Shown: positions 12,501 through 24,500 of the stretch, piece by piece
How positions within the stretch are numbered: position 1 is the stretch's first letter
Layout: each line of letters opens with the position of its first letter
The notes under the pieces: generated by a model
Databases searched by the model: none
What the model saw: the letters and a program-made list of their open reading frames with translations, nothing else
What the model was told of the DNA's origin: nothing
Position numbers and translations under genes: made by a program
NCBI GenBank assembly: GCA_002269645.1
Contig: NIVC01000090.1
Coordinates: forward strand, 347,560-411,559
DNA length: 64,000 nucleotides
Reading direction: 5' to 3'
Source: Macrostomum lignano
Taxonomy: Eukaryota

Positions 12501-15500
12501 CGGTTGCTTCAGAGAGACGAGCTACAACGAGAGCAGAGTGCGATTCAAGGAGGAGATCGCCGTGACTGGAAGCGGTTGCTTTCAGAGAGACAAGCTACAA
12601 CGAGAGCAGAGTGCGATTCAAGGAGGAGATCGCCGTGACCGGAAGCGGTTGCTTTCAGAGAAATGAGTCTCAATGAAAGCAGAGTGCGATTCAAGGAGGA
12701 GATCGCCGTGACCGGAAGCGGTTGCTTCAGAGAGACAAGCTACAACGAGAGCAGAGTGCGATTCAAGGAGGAGATCGCCGTGACCGGAAGCGGTTGTTTC
12801 AGAGAAATGAGTCTCAATGAAAGCAGAGTGCAGTTTAAGGAGGAGATCGCCGTGACCGGAAGCGGTTGCTTCAGAGAGACGAGCTACAACGAGAGCAGAG
12901 TGCGATTCAAGGAGGAGATCGCCGTGACTGGAAGCGGTTGCTTCAGAGAGACAAGCTACAACGAGAGCAGAGTGCGATTCAAGGAGGAGATCGCCGTGAC
13001 CGGAAGCGGTTGTTTCAGAGAAATGAGTCTCAATGAAAGCAGAGTGCAGTTTAAGGAGGAGATCGCCGTGACCGGAAGCGGTTGTTTCAGAGAATGAGTC
13101 TCAATGAAAGCAGAGTGCAGTTCAAGGAGGAGATCGCCGTGACCGGAAGCGGTTGCTTTCAGAGAGACGAGCTACAACGAGAGCAGAGTGCGATTCAAGG
13201 AGATCGCCGTGACCGGAAGCGGTTGCTTTCAGAGAAATGAGTCTCAATGAGAAGCAGAGTGCGAGTTCAAGGAGGAGATCGCCGTGACGGAAGCGGTTGC
13301 TTCAGAGAGACGAGCTACAACGAGAGCAGAGTGCGATTCAAGGAGGAGATCGCCGTGACGGAAGCGGTTGCTTCAGAGAGACGAGCTACAACGAGAGCAG
13401 AGTGCGATTCAAGGAGGAGATCGCCGTGACGGAAGCGGTTGCTTCAGAGAGACGAGCTACAACGAGAGCAGAGTGCGATTCAAGGAGGAGATCGCGTGAC
13501 ATGCGGTTGCTTCAGAGAGACGAGCTACAACGAGAGCAGAGTGCAGTTCAAGGAGGAGATCCTGTGACTGGAAGTGGCTTTTGTTTTGAGCTGGATTTTA
13601 TCTCTGCAATGTCGTTGCTGTCGATGAGGTGGTCCTGTCGGCTACCCATGCAGTTTAGAAGTTAAAGTGCAGGATGCAGAAACGGACAATGACGAATATG
13701 TTCAGGTGAAGCATGCTAAAAAGCTTCATAAGCAGAGTAGACCAAGTGTTGAGACGCAAACATTCGTAGAAGTTGCATGTACGGAAGCTTGTAAGGAAAT
13801 ACAACAGCAAAACAGCAGAGTATCCATACAACAAATCCTTGAAGTAACAAGCACGTCCAGTTGCAGAGAAACCGCAACTATCGAAAACAGCATGCAGCAC
13901 GTCGAACTGTTTCTGTCAGCACCACCGGCTGCTGCAAAGAGACACAACTAAGCGAAAGCCGAGTGCACTTTAAAGAAGAGATCGCCGTGACCGGAAGCGG
14001 TTGCTTCAGGGAAATGAGTCTTAATGAAAGCAAAGTGCAGTTCAAGGAGGAGATCGCCGTGACCGGAAGCGGTTGCTTCAGAGAGACGAGCTACAACGAG
14101 AGCAGAGTGCGATTCAAGGAGGAGATCGCCGTGACCGGAAGCGGTTGCTTCAGAGAAATGAGTCTCAATGAAAGCAGAGTGCGATTCAAGGAGGAGATCG
14201 CCGTGACCGGAAGCGGTTGTTTCAGAGAAATGAGTCTCAATGAAAGCAGAGTGCGATTCAAGGAGGAGATCGCCGTGACCGGAAGCGGTTGCTTCAGAGA
14301 GACGAGCTACAACGAGAGCAGAGTGCGATTCAAGGAGGAGATCGCCGTGACTGGAAGCGGTTGCTTCAGAGAGACAAGCTACAACGAGAGCAGAGTGCGA
14401 TTCAAGGAGGAGATCGCCGTGACCGGAAGCGGTTGTTTCAGAGAAATGAGTCTCAATGAAAGCAGAGTGCGATTCAAGGAGGAGATCGCCGTGACCGGAA
14501 GCGGTTGCTTCAGAGAGACAAGCTACAACGAGAGCAGAGTGCGATTCAAGGAGGAGATCGCCGTGACCGGAAGCGGTTGTTTCAGAGAAATGAGTCTCAA
14601 TGAAAGCAGAGTGCAGTTTAAGGAGGAGATCGCCGTGACCGGAAGCGGTTGCTTCAGAGAGACGAGCTACAACGAGAGCAGAGTGCGATTCAAGGAGGAG
14701 ATCGCCGTGACTGGAAGCGGTTGCTTCAGAGAGACAAGCTACAACGAGAGCAGAGTGCGATTCAAGGAGGAGATCGCCGTGACCGGAAGCGGTTGTTTCA
14801 GAGAAATGAGTCTCAATGAAAGCAGAGTGCAGTTCAAGGAGGAGATCGCCGTGACCGGAAGCGGTTGTTTCAGAGAAATGAGTCTCAATGAAAGCAGAGT
14901 GCAGTTCAAGGAGGAGATCGCCGTGACCGGAAGCGGTTGCTTCAGAGAGACGAGCTACAACGAGAGCAGAGTGCGATTCAAGGAGATCGCCGTGACCGGA
15001 AGCGGTTGTTTCAGAGAAATGAGTCTCAATGAAAGCAGAGTGCAGTTCAAGGAGGAGATCGCCGTGACTCGGAAGCGTTTGCTTCAGAGAGACGAGCTAC
15101 AACGAGAGCAGAGTGCGATTCAAGGAGGAGATCGCCGTGACCGGAAGCGGTTGCTTCAGAGAGACGAGCTACAACGAGAGCAGAGTGCGATTCAAGGAGG
15201 AGATCGCCGTGATCGGAAGCGGTTGCTTCAGAGAGACGAGCTACAACGAGAGCAGAGTGCGATTCAAGGAGGATCGCCGTGACCGGATGCGGTTGCTTCA
15301 GAGAGACGAGCTACAACGAGAGCAGAGTGCAGTTCAAGGAGGAGATCCCTGTGACTGGAAGTGGCTTTTGTTTTGAGCTGGATTTTATCTCTGCCAATGT
15401 CGTTGCTGTCGATGAGGTGGTCCTGTCGGCTACCCATGCCAGTTTAGAAGTTAAAGTGCAGGATGCAGAAACGGACAATGACGAATATGTTCAGGTGAAG

Positions 15501-18500
15501 CATGCTAAAAAGCTTCATAAGCAGAGTAGACCAAGTGTTGAGACGCAAACATTCGTAGAAGTTGCATGTACGGAAGCTTGTAAGGAAATACAACAGCAAA
15601 ACAGCAGAGTATCCATACAACAAATCCTTGAAGTAACAAGCACGTCCAGTTGCAGAGAAACCGCAACTATCGAAAACAGCATGCAGCACGGTCGAACTGT
15701 TTCTGTCAGCACCACCGGCTGCTGCAAAGAGACACAACTAAGCGAAAGCCGAGTGCACTTTAAAGAAGAGATCGCCGTGACCGGAAGCGGTTGCTTCAGG
15801 GAAATGAGTCTTAATGAAAGCAAAGTGCAGTTCAAGGAGGAGATCGCCGTGACCGGAAGCGGTTGCTTCAGAGAGACGAGCTACAACGAGAGCAGAGTGC
15901 GATTCAAGGAGGAGATCGCCGTGACCGGAAGCGGTTGCTTCAGAGAAATGAGTCTCAATGAAAGCAGAGTGCGATTCAAGGAGGAGATCGCCGTGACCGG
16001 AAGCGGTTGCTTCAGAGAGACGAGCTACAACGAGAGCAGAGTGCGATTCAAGGAGGAGATCGCCGTGACCGGAAGCGGTTGCTTCAGAGAAACGAGCTAC
16101 AACGAGAGCAGAGTGCAGTGCAAGGAGGAGATCGCCGTGACCGGAAGCGGTTGCTTCAGAGAAATGAGTCTCAATGAAAGCAGAGTGCAGTTCAAGGAGG
16201 AGATCGCCGTGACCGGAAGCGGTTGCTTCAGAGAGACGAGCTACAACGAGAGCAGAGTGCGATTCAAGGAGGAGATCGCCGTGACCGGAAGCGGTTGCTT
16301 CAGAGAAATGAATCTCAATGAAAGCAGAGTGCAGTTCAAGGAGGAGATCGCCGTGACCGGAAGCGGTTGCTTCAGAGAGACGAGCTACAACGAGAGCAGA
16401 GTGCGATTCAAGGAGGAGATCGCCGTGACCGGAAGCGGTTGCTTCAGAGAGACGAGCTACAACGAGAGCAGAGTGCGATTCAAGGAGGAGATCGCCGTGA
16501 CCGGATGCGGTTGCTTCAGAGAGACGAGCTACAACGAGAGCAGAGTGCAGTTCAAGGAGGAGATCCCTGTGACTGGAAGTGGCTTTTGTTTTGAGCTGGA
16601 TTTTATCTCTGCCAATGTCGTTGCTGTCGATGAGGTGGTCCTGTCGGCTACCCATGCCAGTTTAGAAGTTAAAGTGCAGGATGCAGAAACGGACAATGAC
16701 GAATATGTTCAGGTGAAGCATGCTAAAAAGCTTCATAAGCAGAGTAGACCAAGTGTTGAGACGCAAACATTCGTAGAAGTTGCATGTACGGAAGCTTGTA
16801 AGGAAATACAACAGCAAAACAGCAGAGTATCCATACAACAAATCCTTGAAGTAACAAGCACGTCCAGTTGCAGAGAAACCGCAACTATCGAAAACAGCAT
16901 GCAGCACGGTCGAACTGTTTCTGTCAGCACCACCGGCTGCTGCAAAGAGACACAACTAAGCGAAAGCCGAGTGCACTTTAAAGAAGAGATCGCCGTGACC
17001 GGAAGCGGTTGCTTCAGGGAAATGAGTCTTAATGAAAGCAAAGTGCAGTTCAAGGAGGAGATCGCCGTGACCGGAAGCGGTTGCTTCAGAGAGACGAGCT
17101 ACAACGAGAGCAGAGTGCGATTCAAGGAGGAGATCGCCGTGACCGGAAGCGGTTGCTTCAGAGAAATGAGTCTCAATGAAAGCAGAGTGCGATTCAAGGA
17201 GGAGATCGCCGTGACCGGAAGCGGTTGTTTCAGAGAAATGAGTCTCAATGAAAGCAGAGTGCGATTCAAGGAGGAGATCGCCGTGACCGGAAGCGGTTGC
17301 TTCAGAGAGACGAGCTACAACGAGAGCAGAGTGCGATTCAAGGAGGAGATCGCCGTGACTGGAAGCGGTTGCTTCAGAGAGACAAGCTACAACGAGAGCA
17401 GAGTGCGATTCAAGGAGGAGATCGCCGTGACCGGAAGCGGTTGTTTCAGAGAAATGAGTCTCAATGAAAGCAGAGTGCGATTCAAGGAGGAGATCGCCGT
17501 GACCGGAAGCGGTTGCTTCAGAGAGACAAGCTACAACGAGAGCAGAGTGCGATTCAAGGAGGAGATCGCCGTGACCGGAAGCGGTTGTTTCAGAGAAATG
17601 AGTCTCAATGAAAGCAGAGTGCAGTTTAAGGAGGAGATCGCCGTGACCGGAAGCGGTTGCTTCAGAGAGACGAGCTACAACGAGAGCAGAGTGCGATTCA
17701 AGGAGGAGATCGCCGTGACTGGAAGCGGTTGCTTCAGAGAGACAAGCTACAACGAGAGCAGAGTGCGATTCAAGGAGGAGATCGCCGTGACCGGAAGCGG
17801 TTGTTTCAGAGAAATGAGTCTCAATGAAAGCAGAGTGCAGTTCAAGGAGGAGATCGCCGTGACCGGAAGCGGTTGTTTCAGAGAAATGAGTCTCAATGAA
17901 AGCAGAGTGCAGTTCAAGGAGGAGATCGCCGTGACCGGAAGCGGTTGCTTCAGAGAGACGAGCTACAACGAGAGCAGAGTGCGATTCAAGGAGATCGCCG
18001 TGACCGGAAGCGGTTGTTTCAGAGAAATGAGTCTCAATGAAAGCAGAGTGCAGTTCAAGGAGGAGATCGCCGTGACTGGAAGCGGTTGCTTCAGAGAGAC
18101 GAGCTACAACGAGAGCAGAGTGCGATTCAAGGAGGAGATCGCCGTGACCGGAAGCGGTTGCTTCAGAGAGACGAGCTACAACGAGAGCAGAGTGCGATTC
18201 AAGGAGGAGATCGCCGTGATCGGAAGCGGTTGCTTCAGAGAGACGAGCTACAACGAGAGCAGAGTGCGATTCAAGGAGGAGATCGCCGTGACCGGATGCG
18301 GTTGCTTCAGAGAGACGAGCTACAACGAGAGCAGAGTGCAGTTCAAGGAGGAGATCCCTGTGACTGGAAGTGGCTTTTGTTTTGAGCTGGATTTTATCTC
18401 TGCCAATGTCGTTGCTGTCGATGAGGTGGTCCTGTCGGCTACCCATGCCAGTTTAGAAGTTAAAGTGCAGGATGCAGAAACGGACAATGACGAATATGTT

Positions 18501-21500
18501 CAGGTGAAGCATGCTAAAAAGCTTCATAAGCAGAGTAGACCAAGTGTTGAGACGCAAACATTCGTAGAAGTTGCATGTACGGAAGCTTGTAAGGAAATAC
18601 AACAGCAAAACAGCAGAGTATCCATACAACAAATCCTTGAAGTAACAAGCACGTCCAGTTGCAGAGAAACCGCAACTATCGAAAACAGCATGCAGCACGG
18701 TCGAACTGTTTCTGTCAGCACCACCGGCTGCTGCAAAGAGACACAACTAAGCGAAAGCCGAGTGCACTTTAAAGAAGAGATCGCCGTGACCGGAAGCGGT
18801 TGCTTCAGGGAAATGAGTCTTAATGAAAGCAAAGTGCAGTTCAAGGAGGAGATCGCCGTGACCGGAAGCGGTTGCTTCAGAGAGACGAGCTACAACGAGA
18901 GCAGAGTGCGATTCAAGGAGGAGATCGCCGTGACCGGAAGCGGTTGCTTCAGAGAAATGAGTCTCAATGAAAGCAGAGTGCGATTCAAGGAGGAGATCGC
19001 CGTGACCGGAAGCGGTTGCTTCAGAGAGACGAGCTACAACGAGAGCAGAGTGCGATTTAAGGAGGAGATCGCCGTGACCGGAAGCGGTTGCTTCAGAGAA
19101 ACGAGCTACAACGAGAGCAGAGTGCAGTGCAAGGAGGAGATCGCCGTGACCGGAAGCGGTTGCTTCAGAGAAATGAGTCTCAATGAAAGCAGAGTGCAGT
19201 TCAAGGAGGAGATCGCCGTGACCGGAAGCGGTTGCTTCAGAGAGACGAGCTACAACGAGAGCAGAGTGCGATTCAAGGAGGAGATCGCCGTGACCGGAAG
19301 CGGTTGCTTCAGAGAAATGAATCTCAATGAAAGCAGAGTGCAGTTCAAGGAGGAGATCGCCGTGACCGGAAGCGGTTGCTTCAGAGAGACGAGCTACAAC
19401 GAGAGCAGAGTGCGATTCAAGGAGGAGATCGCCGTGACCGGAAGCGGTTGCTTCAGAGAAATGAGTCTCAATGAAAGCAGAGTGCGATTCAAGGAGGAGA
19501 TCGCCGTGACCGGAAGCGGTTGCTTCAGAGAGACGAGCTACAACGAGAGCAGAGTGCGATTCAAGGAGGAGATCGCCGTGACCGGAAGCGGTTGCTTCAG
19601 AGAGACGAGCTACAACGAGAGCAGAGTGCGATTCAAGGAGGAGATCGCCGTGACCGGAAGCGGTTGTTTCAGAGAAATGAGTCTCAATGAAAGCAGAGTG
19701 CGATTCAAGGAGGAGATCGCCGTGACCGGAAGCGGTTGCTTCAGAGAGACAAGCTACAACGAGAGCAGAGTGCGATTCAAGGAGGAGATCGCCGTGACCG
19801 GAAGCGGTTGTTTCAGAGAAATGAGTCTCAATGAAAGCAGAGTGCAGTTTAAGGAGGAGATCGCCGTGACCGGAAGCGGTTGCTTCAGAGAGACGAGCTA
19901 CAACGAGAGCAGAGTGCGATTCAAGGAGGAGATCGCCGTGACTGGAAGCGGTTGCTTCAGAGAGACGAGCTACAACGAGAGCAGAGTGCGATTCAAGGAG
20001 GAGATCGCCGTGACCGGAAGCGGTTGTTTCAGAGAAATGAGTCTCAATGAAAGCAGAGTGCAGTTCAAGGAGGAGATCGCCGTGACCGGAAGCGGTTGTT
20101 TCAGAGAAATGAGTCTCAATGAAAGCAGAGTGCAGTTCAAGGAGGAGATCGCCGTGACCGGAAGCGGTTGCTTCAGAGAGACGAGCTACAACGAGAGCAG
20201 AGTGCGATTCAAGGAGGAGATCGCCGTGACCGGAAGCGGTTGTTTCAGAGAAATGAGTCTCAATGAAAGCAGAGTGCAGTTCAAGGAGGAGATCGCCGTG
20301 ACTGGAAGCGGTTGCTTCAGAGAGACGAGCTACAACGAGAGCAGAGTGCGATTCAAGGAGGAGATCGCCGTGACCGGAAGCGGTTGCTTCAGAGAGACGA
20401 GCTACAACGAGAGCAGAGTGCGATTCAAGGAGGAGATCGCCGTGATCGGAAGCGGTTGCTTCAGAGAGACGAGCTACAACGAGAGCAGAGTGCGATTCAA
20501 GGAGGAGATCGCCGTGACCGGATGCGGTTGCTTCAGAGAGACGAGCTACAACGAGAGCAGAGTGCAGTTCAAGGAGGAGATCCCTGTGACTGGAAGTGGC
20601 TTTTGTTTTGAGCTGGATTTTATCTCTGCCAATGTCGTTGCTGTCGATGAGGTGGTCCTGTCGGCTACCCATGCCAGTTTAGAAGTTAAAGTGCAGGATG
20701 CAGAAACGGACAATGACGAATATGTTCAGGTGAAGCATGCTAAAAAGCTTCATAAGCAGAGTAGACCAAGTGTTGAGACGCAAACATTCGTAGAAGTTGC
20801 ATGTACGGAAGCTTGTAAGGAAATACAACAGCAAAACAGCAGAGTATCCATACAACAAATCCTTGAAGTAACAAGCACGTCCAGTTGCAGAGAAACCGCA
20901 ACTATCGAAAACAGCATGCAGCACGGTCGAACTGTTTCTGTCAGCACCACCGGCTGCTGCAAAGAGACACAACTAAGCGAAAGCCGAGTGCACTTTAAAG
21001 AAGAGATCGCCGTGACCGGAAGCGGTTGCTTCAGGGAAATGAGTCTTAATGAAAGCAAAGTGCAGTTCAAGGAGGAGATCGCCGTGACCGGAAGCGGTTG
21101 CTTCAGAGAGACGAGCTACAACGAGAGCAGAGTGCGATTCAAGGAGGAGATCGCCGTGACCGGAAGCGGTTGCTTCAGAGAAATGAGTCTCAATGAAAGC
21201 AGAGTGCGATTCAAGGAGGAGATCGCCGTGACCGGAAGCGGTTGCTTCAGAGAGACGAGCTACAACGAGAGCAGAGTGCGATTCAAGGAGGAGATCGCCG
21301 TGACCGGAAGCGGTTGCTTCAGAGAAACGAGCTACAACGAGAGCAGAGTGCAGTGCAAGGAGGAGATCGCCGTGACCGGAAGCGGTTGCTTCAGAGAAAT
21401 GAGTCTCAATGAAAGCAGAGTGCAGTTCAAGGAGGAGATCGCCGTGACCGGAAGCGGTTGCTTCAGAGAGACGAGCTACAACGAGAGCAGAGTGCGATTC

Positions 21501-24500
21501 AAGGAGGAGATCGCCGTGACCGGAAGCGGTTGCTTCAGAGAAATGAATCTCAATGAAAGCAGAGTGCAGTTCAAGGAGGAGATCGCCGTGACCGGAAGCG
21601 GTTGCTTCAGAGAGACGAGCTACAACGAGAGCAGAGTGCGATTCAAGGAGGAGATCGCCGTGACCGGAAGCGGTTGCTTCAGAGAAATGAGTCTCAATGA
21701 AAGCAGAGTGCGATTCAAGGAGGAGATCGCCGTGACCGGAAGCGGTTGCTTCAGAGAGACGAGCTACAACGAGAGCAGAGTGCGATTCAAGGAGGAGATC
21801 GCCGTGACCGGAAGCGGTTGCTTCAGAGAGACGAGCTACAACGAGAGCAGAGTGCGATTCAAGGAGGAGATCGCCGTGACCGGAAGCGGTTGTTTCAGAG
21901 AAATGAGTCTCAATGAAAGCAGAGTGCAGTTCAAGGAGGAGATCGCCGTGACCGGAAGCGGTTGCTTCAGAGAGACGAGCTACAACGAGAGCAGAGTGCG
22001 ATTCAAGGAGGAGATCGCCGTGACCGGAAGCGGTTGTTTCAGAGAAATGATTCTCAATGAAAGCAGAGTGCGATTCAAGGAGGAGATCGCCGTGACCGGA
22101 AGCGGTTGCTTCAGAGAGACGAGCTACAACGAGAGCAGAGTGCGATTCAAGGAGGAGATCGCCGTGACCGGAAGCGGTTGTTTCAGAGAAATGAGTCTCA
22201 ATGAAAGCAGAGTGCAGTTCAAGGAGGAGATCGCCGTGACCGGAAGCGGTTGCTTCAGAGAGATGAGTCTCAATGAAAGCAGAGTGCGATTCAAGGAGGA
22301 GATCGCCGTGACCGGAAGCGGTTGCTTCAGAGAGACGAGCTACAACGAGAGCAGAGTGCGATTCAAGGAGGAGATCGCCGTGACCGGAAGCGGTTGCTTC
22401 AGAGAGACGAGCTACAACGAGAGCAGAGTGCGATTCAAGGAGGAGATCGCCGTGACCGGAAGCGGTTGTTTCAGAGAAATGAGTCTCAATGAAAGCAGAG
22501 TGCAGTTCAAGGAAGAGATCGCCGTGACCGGAAGCGGTTGCTTCAGAGAGACGAGCTACAACGAGAGCAGAGTGCGATTCAAGGAGGAGATCGCCGTGAC
22601 CGGAAGCGGTTGCTTCAGAGAAATGAGTCTCAATGAAAGCAAGTGCAGTTCAAGGAGGAGATCGCCGTGACCGGAAGCGGTTGCTTCAGAGAGACGAGCT
22701 ACAACGAGAGCAGAGTGCGATTCAAGGAGGAGATCGCCGTGACCGGAAGCGGTTGCTTCAGAGAAATGAGTCTCAATGAAAGCAAGTGCAGTTCAAGGAG
22801 GAGATCGCCGTGACCGGAAGCGGTTGCTTCAGAGAGACGAGCTACAACGAGAGCAGAGTGCAGTTCAAGGAGGAGATCGCCGTGACCGGAAGCGGTTGCT
22901 TCAGAGAGACGAGCTACAACGAGAGCAGAGTGCGATTCAAGGAGGAGATCGCCGTGACCGGAAGCGGTTGCTTCAGAGAGACGAGCTACAACGAGAGCAG
23001 AGTGCGATTCAAGGAGGAGATCGCCGTGACCGGAAGCGGTTGCTTCAGAGAGACGAGCTACAACGAGAGCAGAGTGCGATTCAAGGAGGAGATCGCCGTG
23101 ACCGGAAGCGGTTGCTTCAGAGAGACGAGCTACAACGAGAGCAGAGTGCGATTCAAGGAGGAGATCGCCGTGACCGGAAGCGGTTGCTTCAGAGAACGAG
23201 TCTCAATGAAAGCAGAGTGCAGTTCAAGGAGGAGATCGCCGTGACCGGAAGCGGTTGCTTCAGAGAGACGAGCTACAACGAGAGCAGAGTGCAGTTCAAG
23301 GAGGAGATCGCCGTGACCGGAAGCGGTTGCTTCAGAGAGACGAGCTACAACGAGAGCAGAGTGCGATTCAAGGAGGAGATCGCCGTGACCGGAAGCGGTT
23401 GCTTCAGAGAGACGAGCTACAACGAGAGCAGAGTGCGATTCAAGGAGGAGATCGCCGTGACCGGAAGCGGTTGCTTCAGAGAAATGAGTCTCAATGAAGC
23501 AGAGTGCAGTTCAAGGAGGAGATCGCCGTGACCGGAAGCGGTTGCTTCAGAGAGACGAGCTACAACGAGAGCAGAGTGCGATTCAAGGAGGAGATCGCCG
23601 TGACCGGAAGCGGTTGCTTCAGAGAGACGAGCTACAACGAGAGCAGAGTGCGATTCAAGGAGGAGATCGCCGTGACCGGAAGCGGTTGCTTCAGAGAGAC
23701 GAGTCTCAATGAAAGCAGAGTGCAGTTCAAGGAGGAGATCGCCGTGACCGGAAGCGGTTGCTTCAGAGAGACGAGCTACAACGAGAGCAGAGTGCGATTC
23801 AAGGAGGAGATCGCCGTGACCGGAAGCGGTTGCTTCAGAGAGACGAGCTACAACGAGAGCAGAGTGCGATTCAAGGAGGAGATCGCCGTGACGGAAGCGG
23901 TTGCTTCAGAGAGACGAGCTACAACGAGAGCAGAGTGCGATTCAAGGAGGAGATCGCCGTGACCGGAAGCGGTTGCTTCAGAGAAATGAGTCTCAATGAA
24001 GCAGAGTGCAGTTCAAGGAGGAGATCGCCGTGACCGGAAGCGGTTGCTTCAGAGAAATGAGTCTCAATGAAAGCAGAGTGCAGTTCAAGGAGGAGATCGC
24101 CGTGACCGGAAGCGGTTGCTTCAGAGAGACGAGCTACAACGAGAGCAGAGTGCGATTCAAGGAGGAGATCGCCGTGACCGGAAGCGGTTGCTTCAGAGAG
24201 ACGAGCTACAACGAGAGCAGAGTGCGATTCAAGGAGGAGATCGCCGTGACCGGAAGCGGTTGCTTCAGAGAAATGAGCTCAATGAAAGCAGAGTGCAGTT
24301 CAAGGAGGAGATCGCCGTGACCGGAAGCGGTTGCTTCAGAGAGACGAGCTACAACGAGAGCAGAGTGCGATTCAAGGAGGAGATCGCCGTGACCGGAAGC
24401 GGTTGCTTCAGAGAAATGAGTCTCAATGAAAGCAGAGTGCAGTTCAAGGAGGAGATCGCCGTGACCGGAAGCGGTTGCTTCAGAGAGACGAGCTACAACG

